Shown here in pieces: positions 1 through 10,345 of a DNA stretch of 64,000 bases. The DNA is from Dehalococcoidia bacterium (GTDB taxonomy: Bacteria > Chloroflexota > Dehalococcoidia > UBA2979), in assembly GCA_963667465.2 (NCBI GenBank), contig CAXXDN010000002.1:160001-224000 (forward strand), written 5' to 3'. The number at the start of each line of letters is the position of its first letter. The first letter of the stretch is position 1. The notes below the pieces were generated by a model, which did not search any database, was not told the DNA's origin, and saw nothing but the letters and a program-made list of their open reading frames with translations. The position numbers and the translations under genes were made by a program.

Positions 1-2
1 TC

Positions 3-989
3 TCGACGCCGGGCACGACGACCATCGAGCAACTCGCGACGCTGTTCGACGTCCCCACGTCGCGCACCGCCAAGGCGGTCTTCTACGTGGCCGGGGGCGG
101 CAGCGATCCGGAGGAGCCGATCTTCGCAGTCGTGCGGGGCGACCTCGAGATCAACGAGGTCAAGCTCTCGAACGAGCTCGGCGGACGCGCCGTGCGCGCG
201 ATGACGGAAGCCGAGGTCGAGCACTACGGGCTTGTTGCCGGCTCGGCTTCGCCGGTTGGCCTCGGCGACCGGATGGCGGTGATCGCGGACCTCTCGATCC
301 CGGACTCGCCGAACCTGCTGGCGGGCGCGAACAAGGCGGACGTTCACCTGCGCAACGTCAACCACGGCCGCGACTGGCAGGCGAGCCAGATCGCCGACAT
401 CGCTCTCGCCGAGGAAGGCCACGTCTGCGCGGCGTGCGGCACGGGCACGATCCAGCTGCGGCGCGGGATCGAGATGGGGCATGTCTTCCGCCTCGGCCAG
501 ATCTACTCCCAGGCGTTCAGCGCCGACGTGCTCGGCGCGGACGGGCAGGCGGTCGTCCCGACGATGGGCTGCTACGGCATCGGCGTGGACCGCATCGTCG
601 CGGCGGCCGTCGAGGCGAACCACGACGAGGACGGCATCAGCTGGCCGGTCTCGGTCGCGCCCTACGACGTGCAACTCGTCGCGCTGCGCCTCGACCGCGA
701 CCCGCCGGTCGCCGAGGAGGCCGAGGCGCTCTACGCAGAGTTGGCCGCTGCCGGCCTCGAGGTGCTGTTCGACGACCGCGACGAGTCGCCGGGCGTGAAG
801 TTCAACGACGCCGACCTGATCGGCCTGCCCTGGCGGCTCACCGTCTCCGCGCGCAACCAGGAGCGCGGCACCGTCGAGCTGCGCACGCGTGCGACGGGCG
901 AGGTCGAGCACGTCCCGCGCGGCGAGGTCGCGAGCCGCCTGCAAGCCCTGCGCGCGGTCGCCATCGAGGCCCTCGATCCGGACGCGTAG
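3..989 (+). CDS. proS: Prolyl-tRNA synthetase, 3' part (runs off the left edge)
   Basis: Frame open from base 3; editing-domain GANK..H, GIEMGHVF, motif 3 MGCYGIGVDR, anticodon domain DDRDESPGVKFNDADLIGLP. Confidence 0.97.
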   Translation, partial: STPGTTTIEQLATLFDVPTSRTAKAVFYVAGGGSDPEEPIFAVVRGDLEINEVKLSNELGGRAVRAMTEAEVEHYGLVAGSASPVGLGDRMAVIADLSIPDSPNLLAGANKADVHLRNVNHGRDWQASQIADIALAEEGHVCAACGTGTIQLRRGIEMGHVFRLGQIYSQAFSADVLGADGQAVVPTMGCYGIGVDRIVAAAVEANHDEDGISWPVSVAPYDVQLVALRLDRDPPVAEEAEALYAELAAAGLEVLFDDRDESPGVKFNDADLIGLPWRLTVSARNQERGTVELRTRATGEVEHVPRGEVASRLQALRAVAIEALDPDA

Positions 990-1019
990 GCGCCCACGGC
1001 GCGCGCTGAGCAGGCCGCG

Positions 1020-1082
1020 TGCTACACTGAGCAAGACACCAGCGCCTCCTTGCGAGACGTGGGCCGACGCCCACGTTTTTTT
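1020..1082 (+). promoter_or_regulatory. nusA operon extended -10 and leader terminator (rimP-leader-like attenuator)
   Basis: TGcTACACT at 1020-1028; hairpin ACGTGGGC-cgac-GCCCACGT (1057-1076) followed by a T run to 1082, upstream of nusA. Confidence 0.75.
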
Positions 1083-1130
1083 GTAGCAAGGACGGACCAG
1101 CCGGGGACACCCCGGGAGCGGCAGCAGCAC

Positions 1131-2780
1131 ATGAAGAGCGAATTCGTCACCGCGATCGCGCAGCTTTCTGCGGAAAAGAACCTCGATAGCGACACGGTCT
1201 TCGAGGCTGTCGAGGCGGCAATGGCCTCGGCCTACAAGAAGGACGAACTCCAGTACGCCGAGATCGAGGTCAAGATCGACAGCGAGACGGGCGACATCGA
1301 CGCCTGGCGCGTCTGGGACGTGATGCCCGACGAGGAGATCGAGGACGACGAGATCCAGGTCTCGCCGGAGCGCGCGGTGGAGATGGGCCACGCCGGCGCG
1401 TCCGAGGGCGATCGCATCCGCGAGCCGCTGGAGGCCTCGCTCGATGCGGGCCGCATCGCCGCGCAGACGGCGAAGCAGGTGGTCCTGCAGCGCCTCCGCG
1501 AGGCCGAGCGCGAAGCGGTCTTTGGCGAATTCACGACGAAGCAGGGTGAGCTGGTTTCAGGCACCGTGCTGCGCGTCGAGGCCGGCCGCCGCAACGTGAT
1601 CCTCGACCTCGGCAGGACCGAGGCCGTGCTGCCGTCGGCCGAGCAGGTGCGGCCCGAGCACTACCGTGTGGGGCAGCGGCTGCGGGTCTACGTGAAGGAG
1701 GTCTACCGGGCAGCCAAGGGGCCGCAGGTGGTCGCCTCGCGCTCGCATCCGGAGCTGCTGCGCCGGCTGCTCGAGCTCGAGTCGCCGGAGATCGCCAAGG
1801 GCACGGTCGAGATCGTGACGATGGCGCGCGAGCCCGGCTTCCGGAGCAAGATCGCAGTGATCTCGCGCCAGGACGGCGTCGACCCGATCGGCGCGGTCGT
1901 CGGCGTGCGTGGCGCGCGCATCCAGAACGTGGTCAACGAGCTCGGCGGCGAGCGCATCGACATCGTCCGCTGGGATCCGAACGAGGCGGGCTTCGTCGCA
2001 AACGCGCTGAGTCCCGCCGAGGTCGTCTCGGTGCGTCTCGATGACGAGACGAACACCGCCTTCCTGGCGGTGCCGGACAAGCAGCTCAGCCTGGCGATCG
2101 GCAAGGAGGGGCAAAACGCGCGCCTGACCGCGCGCCTGACCGGCCGCCGCGTCGAGATCAGCCCGGAGAGCCTGCTGATCCGCAGCGGCGAGGACCTCTA
2201 CCCGCCGCCCGAGCCGAACATGGACGCGCTTCCGCTGGCGCCGGCGCCGGCGCTTCCGACGCTGCCGGACATCGTGGCGCCCTCGCAGGCCGGATACGCT
2301 CGGCCGGGGCTCCCCGGCGAGCACGAGCTGGCCGAGGCGCCCGCCGAGCCCGCCCCGCTCACGCCGGAGCAGGAGGTGCTTGCCGAGTTCGCCGAGCCCA
2401 CCGAGGGTGCACCGGCGGAGGAGGCCGCCGCCGCTGCCGAGGTCGTCGTCGAGGAGGCGCCCGCTGCGCCCGCTGCGGCGCCCGCCGCGCCGCGGTCCGC
2501 TCCCGGCGGACTGCGCTTCGCCGAAGAGATCGGCGAGTTGCGTGACATCGACGACGAGCCGGATCGCCCGGCGCGAGGAGGCGCCCGTGGCCCGGCGCGC
2601 CGTCGCCGCCGCGGTGGGGCCGCGCCGACGCCCACCCGCCCGCCGCGCGGTGGCCGCCGCCGCTTCGAGGTCGACGAGGACGAGATCGAGGAGGGGCTCA
2701 GCGAGCTCCACGGTGACTTGCCCTTCGAGGACGAGGAAGAGAACGAGTACGAGGAGTACGAGGACGAAGGCGATCGGTAG
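1131..2780 (+). CDS. nusA: Transcription termination factor NusA with long low-complexity C-tail
   Basis: GRIAAQTAKQV, S1 domain, AREPGFRSKIAV, KH motifs VGVRGARI and LAIGKEGQNARL; ATG at 1131. Confidence 0.97.
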   Translation: MKSEFVTAIAQLSAEKNLDSDTVFEAVEAAMASAYKKDELQYAEIEVKIDSETGDIDAWRVWDVMPDEEIEDDEIQVSPERAVEMGHAGASEGDRIREPLEASLDAGRIAAQTAKQVVLQRLREAEREAVFGEFTTKQGELVSGTVLRVEAGRRNVILDLGRTEAVLPSAEQVRPEHYRVGQRLRVYVKEVYRAAKGPQVVASRSHPELLRRLLELESPEIAKGTVEIVTMAREPGFRSKIAVISRQDGVDPIGAVVGVRGARIQNVVNELGGERIDIVRWDPNEAGFVANALSPAEVVSVRLDDETNTAFLAVPDKQLSLAIGKEGQNARLTARLTGRRVEISPESLLIRSGEDLYPPPEPNMDALPLAPAPALPTLPDIVAPSQAGYARPGLPGEHELAEAPAEPAPLTPEQEVLAEFAEPTEGAPAEEAAAAAEVVVEEAPAAPAAAPAAPRSAPGGLRFAEEIGELRDIDDEPDRPARGGARGPARRRRRGGAAPTPTRPPRGGRRRFEVDEDEIEEGLSELHGDLPFEDEEENEYEEYEDEGDR

Positions 2781-2824
2781 CGCGCCGCCGCGAACGCGAA
2801 TAGCGACGGGACGGATACACGGCA

Positions 2825-3154
2825 ATGGCCCCGGCCCGCACACGGACGCCGCCGCAGCGTAGCTGCCTGAGCTGTCGGGAGCAGCGCGACCAGCGTTCGC
2901 TGACCCGGCTGGTGCGCGGCGCGGACGGCTCGGTCAGCGTCGACGAGCGGGGGCGAGTGCCGGGACGCGGCGGCTACCTCTGCGAGTCGGCCGCCTGCTG
3001 GCAGCAGGCGCTCGAGGGCGGACGGCTTGATCGGGCGCTGCGGACCTCGGTCAGCGCCGCCGACCGCGCTACACTGCGAGGGTACGCTCAACGGCACGGC
3101 GCCGGCGAAGCCGCGGCTGCCGGGACCCGGGGAACGGGAGAGAGCGAGCAATGA
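2825..3154 (+). CDS. ylxR: YlxR/DUF448 family protein
   Basis: [28 protein letters not shown]; canonical position between nusA and infB. Confidence 0.9.
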   Translation: MAPARTRTPPQRSCLSCREQRDQRSLTRLVRGADGSVSVDERGRVPGRGGYLCESAACWQQALEGGRLDRALRTSVSAADRATLRGYAQRHGAGEAAAAGTRGTGESEQ

Positions 3155-4959
3155 CACAGGCCCCGGACCAGACCGTTCCAGCGGCGGAGTCGCCGCGCGT
3201 CACGATCCCCCCCGCGGTCGTCGTCAGCGACCTCGCGGGCCTGCTCGGCATCACGCCGGTCGACGTGATCAAGGAACTGATGAAAAACGGCGTGATGGCG
3301 ACCATCAACCAGGTGGTCGACTTCGACACGGCTGCCGTCGTCGCCGCCGACCTCGGGTACGCGCCCGAGGAGGAGGGCGACGAGGAAGCAGCCGCCGTCG
3401 CCGGCGAGGACGAGTCCGCGCCGCTCTCGCGCCGGATCATCGAGGAAGGCGAGGACGCGCAGCCGCGCGCGCCAGTGGTCACCGTGCTCGGGCACGTCGA
3501 CCACGGTAAGACGACGCTGCTGGACACGATTCGCCGCGCCAGGGTCGTCGAGGGCGAGGCCGGAGGGATCACCCAGCACATCGGCGCCTACCAGGCCAGC
3601 GGGCCGGACGGGCGCACGCTCACCTTCATCGATACACCCGGCCACGAGGCGTTCACGGAGATGCGCGCGCGCGGCGCGCAGGTCACGGACATCGCGATCA
3701 TCGTCGTCGCCGCCGACGACGGGGTGATGCCGCAGACGCGCGAGGCGATCGACCACGCGCGCGCAGCCGGCGTGCCGATCGTGGTGGCGGTCAACAAGAC
3801 GGACCTCCCCAACGCCAACCCGGACCGTGTGAAGCAGGACTTGATGGGCGCCGAGCTCGTCCCCGAGGACTTCGGCGGCGACACCGTCGTCGTGCCTATC
3901 TCCGCCCTGGGCGGGGACGGCATCGACGACCTGCTCGAGAGCGTGCTGCTGGTCGCCGACCTCGAGGAGTTGAAGGCCAACCCGGACCGCGATGCCATCG
4001 GGGTCGTGCTCGAGGCGGAAACCGACCCCCGGCGCGGCATCGCGGCGACGATTCTCGTGCAGACCGGCACGCTGCATCGCGGCGACGTGATCCGCGCGGG
4101 GCTGAGCTACGGCCGCGTCAAGGCGATGACCGACTCCTCGGGGAAGCAGCTCAGGGAGGCAGGCCCGTCGACGCCGGTGACGGTGCTCGGGCTCAGCGAG
4201 GTGCCGCCCGCGGGCGAGCGCTTCGAGACCGTGAAGAACGAGCGCACTGCACGCGCTGAAAGTGTCGAGCTGCGCCGCTCCGTGGAGCGCGAGGGCAACG
4301 TCCGCACCGGTGTCACCCTGGACACGCTGTTCGGCGAGATCCACCGCGGGGCCGTGCAGGACTTCAACATCGTGCTCAAGACGGACGTGCAGGGCTCGAT
4401 CGAGCCGCTCGTGCGCGCCATCGAGGGCCTCGCCGTGGACGAGATCAACGTCAAGGTCATCCACGCCGCTGCCGGGACGGTCAACGAGTCCGACGTCAAC
4501 CTCGCGGTCGCCTCGCAGGGCGTGGTTATCGCCTTCAACACCCGTGCCGAAACCGGCGCCCAGCGCCTCGCCGAGGCCGAGCACGTCGAGATCCGCGAGT
4601 ACCGCGTGATCTACGACGTGATCGAGGACGTCGAGCAGGCCGTGCGCGGCATGCTGCAGCCGATCTATGAGGAGCGCCGCGACGCCGTCGCCGAGGTGCG
4701 CCAGGTCTTCCGCCGGGGCCGCCGCAACTCGATTGCCGGCTGCCTCGTGCGCGACGGATCCGTCACCCGTGGCTCGCTCGCGCGCGTCATGCGCGGCGGC
4801 GAGATCCTGCGCGAGGCGCGCATCGACTCGCTCAAGCGCTTCCAGGAGGACGCGCGCGAGGTCGCCGCCGGCCTCGAATGCGGCATCACCGTGGACGGCT
4901 TCGAGGCCTTCGAGGAAGGCGATGAGATCGTCACGTACCACATGGAGCAGGTGCGCTAG
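3151..4959 (+). CDS. infB: Translation initiation factor IF-2 (short N-terminus)
   Basis: [39 protein letters not shown]. Confidence 0.98.
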   Translation: MTQAPDQTVPAAESPRVTIPPAVVVSDLAGLLGITPVDVIKELMKNGVMATINQVVDFDTAAVVAADLGYAPEEEGDEEAAAVAGEDESAPLSRRIIEEGEDAQPRAPVVTVLGHVDHGKTTLLDTIRRARVVEGEAGGITQHIGAYQASGPDGRTLTFIDTPGHEAFTEMRARGAQVTDIAIIVVAADDGVMPQTREAIDHARAAGVPIVVAVNKTDLPNANPDRVKQDLMGAELVPEDFGGDTVVVPISALGGDGIDDLLESVLLVADLEELKANPDRDAIGVVLEAETDPRRGIAATILVQTGTLHRGDVIRAGLSYGRVKAMTDSSGKQLREAGPSTPVTVLGLSEVPPAGERFETVKNERTARAESVELRRSVEREGNVRTGVTLDTLFGEIHRGAVQDFNIVLKTDVQGSIEPLVRAIEGLAVDEINVKVIHAAAGTVNESDVNLAVASQGVVIAFNTRAETGAQRLAEAEHVEIREYRVIYDVIEDVEQAVRGMLQPIYEERRDAVAEVRQVFRRGRRNSIAGCLVRDGSVTRGSLARVMRGGEILREARIDSLKRFQEDAREVAAGLECGITVDGFEAFEEGDEIVTYHMEQVR

Positions 4960-5037
4960 CGTCGCTCGCAAGGCAACACCCGGGCGCATGACCCGGCACT
5001 CCCCGCGATCGGAATGGCCTGTGAGGACCGTGCCGCG

Positions 5038-5400
5038 ATGAGCCGACGCCTGGAGAAGGTCAACGACCTCGTGCAGTCGGAAGTGGCCGAGCTGCTGCAG
5101 CGCCGCGTCAAGGACCCGGTGCTGGCGGAGGCCTTCCTCTCGATCACGCGCGTCGAGGTCACCCCGGATCTCTCGACGGCGCGCGTGCACGTGAGTGTAA
5201 TGGGCGCCGACGATGGTGGCGCCGAGGTACTCGTCGCACTCGAACGCAGCGCGCCCTTCCTGCACCGCGAGCTTGTGAAGCGGATCCGCATCAAGCGCGT
5301 GCCCCGGCTGCGCTTCCTGCTCGACGAGTCGATCGCCGAGGCCGATCGCATGACCGTGCTGATGCGCGACCTCGCGCGCTCCGAGGGGCGCGAGCTGTGA
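5038..5400 (+). CDS. rbfA: Ribosome-binding factor A
   Basis: MSRRLEKV..VKDP..ITRVEVTPDLSTARV..VPRLRF..DES; follows infB. Confidence 0.95.
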   Translation: MSRRLEKVNDLVQSEVAELLQRRVKDPVLAEAFLSITRVEVTPDLSTARVHVSVMGADDGGAEVLVALERSAPFLHRELVKRIRIKRVPRLRFLLDESIAEADRMTVLMRDLARSEGREL

Positions 5401-6329
5401 GCGCCCCGGCACGCGCGCAGGCCCCGGCGCTGAGCGGCTTCCTCAACATCGACAAGCCTCCGGACATGACCTCGTTCGACGTGGTGCGGGTGCTGCGGCG
5501 CGCCGCCGGCATCCGCCGCGTCGGCCACGCCGGCACCCTCGACCGCCCCGCGACCGGCGTGCTTCCGGTCGCCCTCGGACCCTCGACGCGGCTGATCGAG
5601 GCGCTGATGGATGCGCGCAAGCGCTACCGCGCCCGGATCACGCTCGGCGTCGAGACCGACACCTACGACGCCGCGGGCGAGGTGCAGGCAAGCTGCGACG
5701 CCTCCGGCGTGACGCCCTCCGACGTCGAAGCCGCCCTCGAGGCCTTCCGCGGCGAGTTGATGCAGCTGCCGCCTGCCTTCAGCGCGGTGAAGATCGACGG
5801 CGAACGCGCCTGGCGCGCGGCCCGGCGCGGCGAGCAGCCGCAGCTCGAGCCCCGGCCGGTCACGGTCTACGAGCTCACGCTTGGCGCCTGCGAGCTGCCC
5901 GAACTGGAGATCGATGTCGAGTGCAGCAAGGGCTTTTACATGCGCTCGCTGGCGCATGACCTCGGCGAGGCGCTGGGCGTGGGCGGGCATCTCGCCAGCC
6001 TCAGTCGCACCGCGGTGGGGCCGTTTCGCCTCGACGACGCGGTCGCGCTCGACGACGCGGTGCTGATGCTTGAGGGAGGGCTGAGCGAGGATCTGGTGCA
6101 CGCTCCGGACGCGGTGCTGCATGACTGGCCGGCCGTGGTCCTCGGCAAGCGCTCGATCGCACTGGCGCGGCAGGGACGCGACGTGCGCCCCCGTCCGGTC
6201 GGCGGACGGCCCCCGGCGCGGGTCGGCGTGAAGGCGCGCGGCTATGGCGCGCACGGCAAGCTCGTCGCGCTGCTCGAGTGCGGCCCGATCCCCGGCGTCT
6301 GGCACCCCTACCGCGTCTTCGCCGAGTAG
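5397..6329 (+). CDS. truB: tRNA pseudouridine(55) synthase
   Basis: DKPPDMTSFDVV, VGHAGTLD, PPAFSAVKIDG, CSKGFYMRSLAHDLG. Confidence 0.96.
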   Translation: MSAPARAQAPALSGFLNIDKPPDMTSFDVVRVLRRAAGIRRVGHAGTLDRPATGVLPVALGPSTRLIEALMDARKRYRARITLGVETDTYDAAGEVQASCDASGVTPSDVEAALEAFRGELMQLPPAFSAVKIDGERAWRAARRGEQPQLEPRPVTVYELTLGACELPELEIDVECSKGFYMRSLAHDLGEALGVGGHLASLSRTAVGPFRLDDAVALDDAVLMLEGGLSEDLVHAPDAVLHDWPAVVLGKRSIALARQGRDVRPRPVGGRPPARVGVKARGYGAHGKLVALLECGPIPGVWHPYRVFAE

Positions 6330-6339
6330 CCTCGCGGCC

Positions 6340-7269
6340 CTACTCCAACGGTGCAGCCCCGCGCTCGGTGACGAGGCGCAGGAAGGCGGCGACGCGGGCA
6401 TCGTCCGGCGCCTGCGCGCGACGGACGGCGATCAATGTGCGCTCGGCGACGAGCTCGCGCCGCTGCGGCCGCAGCGAGGGCGTCCCCGCCTCGGCGATCT
6501 CGGCGGGCAGCACGCTCCAGCAGAGGCCGAGGACGACCATCTGGCGCAGTACAGCCGGGTTGTCGCTCTCCAGCGTCACGCGCGGGCGGAGGCCGCGCAG
6601 CGCCAGGCCCTCGTCGATCAGCAGCCGCGTGCGCCGACCCTGCGGGTAGAGCGCCCAGTCTCCCTGCTCCGGCGTTTCCTCCGAGCCCGGCGGCGCGTAG
6701 ACGTAGAGCGGCTCGCTCAGCACCTCCGTGGAGCGGTAGCCCTCGGGCGGCGGCCCGACGACGAAGGCGACGTCCAGTTCGAAACGCGCGAGGCGTTCGA
6801 GGAGCACGGCGCTGCGGTCCACGGCGAGGCGCACATCCACGCCGGGGCTGGCGAGACGGAACGCGCGCACCGTCTCCGGCAACACGTAGAGGCTCGCCGC
6901 GTCGATCATCCCGACGCGCAGCACGCCCGCGCTCCCTGCCTCCAGCTCCTGCAGCCACTCGCGCAGCTCGGCCGCGCGGCCCAGCACCTCCGAGGCGAAG
7001 CGGGCGACCTCGGCGCCCGCCTCTGTCAGCCGCCTGCGCCGCCCTGCGCGCTCCAGTAGCTGCGTGCCGAGCCGCCGCTCCAGCTGCGCGATCGACTGCG
7101 AGAGCGCGGGCTGGCTGACGCCGAGCCGTCGCGCCGCCTCCGTCAGTGAGCCCCAGCGCTCCACGGCCTGGAGGTAGGCGAGCTGCTGCATGTGCAGGTT
7201 GAGTGGGGCGGCCTCGATGGCTTCGGGCGCCTCGACGCCGTCAGGGGCAGCGGTGCGGAGCGTGGTCAT
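6340..7269 (-). CDS. LysR-family transcriptional regulator
   Basis: HTH GSLTEAARRLGVSQPALSQSIAQLE..LLER..LTEAG plus substrate-binding domain. Confidence 0.93.
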   Translation of the reverse strand: MTTLRTAAPDGVEAPEAIEAAPLNLHMQQLAYLQAVERWGSLTEAARRLGVSQPALSQSIAQLERRLGTQLLERAGRRRRLTEAGAEVARFASEVLGRAAELREWLQELEAGSAGVLRVGMIDAASLYVLPETVRAFRLASPGVDVRLAVDRSAVLLERLARFELDVAFVVGPPPEGYRSTEVLSEPLYVYAPPGSEETPEQGDWALYPQGRRTRLLIDEGLALRGLRPRVTLESDNPAVLRQMVVLGLCWSVLPAEIAEAGTPSLRPQRRELVAERTLIAVRRAQAPDDARVAAFLRLVTERGAAPLE

Positions 7270-7275
7270 GAGCGG

Positions 7276-7297
7276 AGTATAGATAAGTGTTACTTAT
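7276..7297. promoter_or_regulatory. LysR box and leaderless -10 of lysR
   Basis: Palindrome ATAAGT-gtt-ACTTAT (7283-7297, T-N11-A); TATACT on minus strand (7276-7281), 6 nt before the lysR ATG. Confidence 0.7.
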
Positions 7298-7403
7298 GCG
7301 TCACGTCTGAAAGTCGTATTGGAGTAATGAAAGCGGCGTCTCTATCGTAGTCGGGACGGCCGAGCCGCGCGCCCGCGCGAACCGGCGCGAACGGAGGTGT
7401 GCG

Positions 7404-8495
7404 ATGGGCGAGCCGATCAACGTAGCGATCGTCGGCGTGGGGAACTGCGCTTCCTCGCTGGTGCAGGGCGTCGAGTTCTACCGCGACGCGAGCGAGGATG
7501 AGACGATCCCGGGGCTGATGCATCCGCAGCTCGGCGACTACCACATCCGCGACATCCGCTTCAGCGCCGCCTTCGACGTCGACGCCAACAAGGTCGGCCA
7601 GGACATCGCCGACGCGATCTACGCGCCGCCGAACAACACCTTCCGCTTCGCCGACGTGCCGGCCACGGGCGTCACGGTCGACCGCGGCATGACGCACGAC
7701 GGCCTCGGCAAGTACCTCTCCGAGGTGATCGACAAGGCGCCGGGCGCGACCGCCGACATCGCCGGCATCCTGCGCGCGACCAACACCCACGTCGTCGTCA
7801 ACTACCTCCCTGTGGGCTCCGAGGAAGCGACGAAGTGGTACGTGGAGCAGGTGCTGGCGGCCGGCTGTGCCTTCATCAACTGCATCCCCGTCTTCATCGC
7901 CAAGGAGGGCCACTTCCAGCAGCGCTTCATCGACGCGGGGCTGCCCGTGATCGGTGACGACATCAAGTCGCAGGTCGGCGCGACGATCCTGCACCGCCTG
8001 CTGGCGCGGCTCTTCCTGGACCGCGGCGTGCGCGTGGACCGCACCTACCAGCTCAACTTCGGCGGCAACACGGACTTCCTCAACATGCTCGAGCGCGAGC
8101 GGCTGGAGTCCAAGAAGATCTCGAAGACCAACGCCGTCACCTCGCAGATCGACTACGAGCTGCCGGGCGCCGACGTGCACGTCGGGCCGTCCGACCACGT
8201 GCCGTGGCTGGACGACCGCAAGTGGTGCCACATCCGCATGGAGGGCACGACGTTTGGCAACGTCCCGCTCAACCTCGAGTGCAAGCTCGAGGTCTGGGAC
8301 AGCCCCAACTCCGCAGGCGTGGTAATCGACGCGATCCGCTGCGCGAAGATCGCGCTCGACCGTGGCATCGGCGGTCCGCTGCTGGCTCCCTCGGCCTACT
8401 TCATGAAGTCGCCGCCCGAGCAGTGGGTCGACCACGTCGCGCGCGAGCGCCTCGAGGAGTTCATCGCCGAGGAGGCGGAGACGGCCGCCGGGTAG
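7404..8495 (+). CDS. ino1: myo-inositol-1-phosphate synthase
   Basis: [53 protein letters not shown]. Confidence 0.96.
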   Translation: MGEPINVAIVGVGNCASSLVQGVEFYRDASEDETIPGLMHPQLGDYHIRDIRFSAAFDVDANKVGQDIADAIYAPPNNTFRFADVPATGVTVDRGMTHDGLGKYLSEVIDKAPGATADIAGILRATNTHVVVNYLPVGSEEATKWYVEQVLAAGCAFINCIPVFIAKEGHFQQRFIDAGLPVIGDDIKSQVGATILHRLLARLFLDRGVRVDRTYQLNFGGNTDFLNMLERERLESKKISKTNAVTSQIDYELPGADVHVGPSDHVPWLDDRKWCHIRMEGTTFGNVPLNLECKLEVWDSPNSAGVVIDAIRCAKIALDRGIGGPLLAPSAYFMKSPPEQWVDHVARERLEEFIAEEAETAAG

Positions 8496-8540
8496 CGCGC
8501 TGGCCCCCGGCGCGCGGTCCGCGGCGTAGACTGCGCGCCG

Positions 8541-9419
8541 ATGGCGATCTACTGGGCCTTCCGGCTGGCAGCTCTGTGGGTGCGCGTGTTCCCCCTGCGT
8601 GCCTCGTACGCGGTGGCGCGATTCGGCGGGCTGTGCGTCTTCTTCCTCTGGCGCGGCGGCCGGCGGCGCTGTATCGCCAACATGCGCCGTGTCGCCGGGG
8701 GCGACGAAGCGCGCGCGCGACGGCTGGCGCGCCGCTCCTTCGGCTACTACGGCCTCTACATCGTCGACTTCCTGCGCCTCACCGACGTTTCCGCCCAGGA
8801 GGTCCGGCGGCGCGTCATCTTCGACGAATGGCAGCAGCTCGACGAGGCGCGCGCCGGCCGCGGCGTGCTCTTCGTCACCATCCACTTCGGCAACTGGGAC
8901 CTCGGTGCGGCCTCGATGACCGAGCGCGGCTACCCCGTCTCGGTCATCGCCGACGCGTTCGCCGAGCCACGGCTGCACGAGCTCGTGTTCTCCTCGCGGC
9001 GGCGAATCGGGCTGCGAATCTTGCCCGCCGGACACCTCAGCCTGCGGCTGGTGCGCGCGCTTCGCCACAATGAGATCGTCGGCGTGCTGGCCGACGTGCC
9101 GCAGCCCGAGGGTGGCACCGAGGTCGACTTCTTCGGCGGGAAGATCGCGGTGCCGGACGGCGCGGCGCGGCTGGCGCTGCGCACCGGGGCCAGCGTGGTC
9201 GCGGCCACCGTGCCGCGGCTCGGGCCGTGGAGCGACCAGTTCACGGGCGACTTCAAGCTCGTCGAGTGCGAGCGCACCGGCGATCGCGAGCGTGACGTGC
9301 ACTCACTGACCCAGGCGATGTTCCGCGTCTTCGAGGAGATGGTGCGCGCGCGGCCGGAACAGTGGTACATCTTCCGCCCGCTCTGGCCGGAGGACGCGGT
9401 GGCGGAGGCGGCAGGCTAG
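8541..9419 (+). CDS. Lipid acyltransferase (HtrB/LpxL/PatA family)
   Basis: HFGNWD (HX4D) motif, GAARLALRTGA, PEQWY. Confidence 0.88.
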   Translation: MAIYWAFRLAALWVRVFPLRASYAVARFGGLCVFFLWRGGRRRCIANMRRVAGGDEARARRLARRSFGYYGLYIVDFLRLTDVSAQEVRRRVIFDEWQQLDEARAGRGVLFVTIHFGNWDLGAASMTERGYPVSVIADAFAEPRLHELVFSSRRRIGLRILPAGHLSLRLVRALRHNEIVGVLADVPQPEGGTEVDFFGGKIAVPDGAARLALRTGASVVAATVPRLGPWSDQFTGDFKLVECERTGDRERDVHSLTQAMFRVFEEMVRARPEQWYIFRPLWPEDAVAEAAG

Positions 9420-9422
9420 CCC

Positions 9423-10316
9423 GTGCCTGGCTTCATCCTGCTCTGGTGCTGGGTGCGCCTCTTCGGACGGCTGCCCCGGCGAGCGCTTTACCTCATCACG
9501 GACCTCGGCGCGACGCTGGCCTGGTACGGCTCGCCCCGCCTGCGGGCCGTCACCCGAGCGCACATGCGCCGCGCCTGCGCGCCCGGGGCGACGCCTCGCG
9601 AGCGCACCCGCGCCGCCCGCGGCTGCCTGCGCACCGCCTACCGCTACTGGGCCGATCTCGCCTGGGCGGCGCACCGCCCGCCGGAGCGGGCGGTCGACCG
9701 CGTCGAGGTGATCGACGGCGTCGAGCACTTCTTCAACGCACACGACCGCGGTTGCGGTGTCGTCTTCGTCTCCGCGCACCTCGGCAGCCCGGAGCACATG
9801 ATCCGCACCGTCGGGGCGATGGGCATCGACGTGGTGGTGCTGACGGAGCCGCTCTCGCCGCCCGCGCTGCATCGCCTCGTACACGAGGTGCGAGCGGCGC
9901 CGGGCGTGCACTTCGTGCCGGCGGACATGCGCGGCGTGCGCGCGACGATCGAGCAGCTGCGCCGTGGCGGGGCAGTCGCCATCCTCGCTGATCGCGACGT
10001 GCTCGGCAGCGGACAGCCTCAGCCGTTCTTCGGCGAGCCGGCGCGCCTGCCCCGAGGTCCGATCGAGCTCGCGCTGCGCGCCAACGCCGACGTCGTCGTC
10101 GGCTTCGTGCGGAACACGGAACGCGGCGGCGTGCACATCAGCATCGATCCGCCGCTCGCGCTGCCGCGCAGCGGGGACCGCGAGGCGGACGCGGCCGCGG
10201 GCATGGACCTGATGCTGCGCGCGCTGGAGCGCGGCATCCGCCAGTCCCCCGACCAGTGGTTCGCGCTGCATCCTGTCTGGGACCGGGACGCCGGGGAGGC
10301 CGGCGCCTCCTCGTAG
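9423..10316 (+). CDS. Second HtrB/PatA-family acyltransferase
   Basis: HLGSPE (HX4E), ILADR, PFFGEPARLPRGP, PDQWF. Confidence 0.85.
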   Translation: MPGFILLWCWVRLFGRLPRRALYLITDLGATLAWYGSPRLRAVTRAHMRRACAPGATPRERTRAARGCLRTAYRYWADLAWAAHRPPERAVDRVEVIDGVEHFFNAHDRGCGVVFVSAHLGSPEHMIRTVGAMGIDVVVLTEPLSPPALHRLVHEVRAAPGVHFVPADMRGVRATIEQLRRGGAVAILADRDVLGSGQPQPFFGEPARLPRGPIELALRANADVVVGFVRNTERGGVHISIDPPLALPRSGDREADAAAGMDLMLRALERGIRQSPDQWFALHPVWDRDAGEAGASS

Positions 10317-10345
10317 CCACCGCTTGATCTGCGTACAATGCCGCC

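Noticed and set aside
7290-9302. Long antisense ORFs (also 3088-5412, 21086-23341, 26969-29041, 35727-37724, 60027-62189)
   Set aside because: Shadow ORFs of high-GC genes; the opposite strand has clear family motifs
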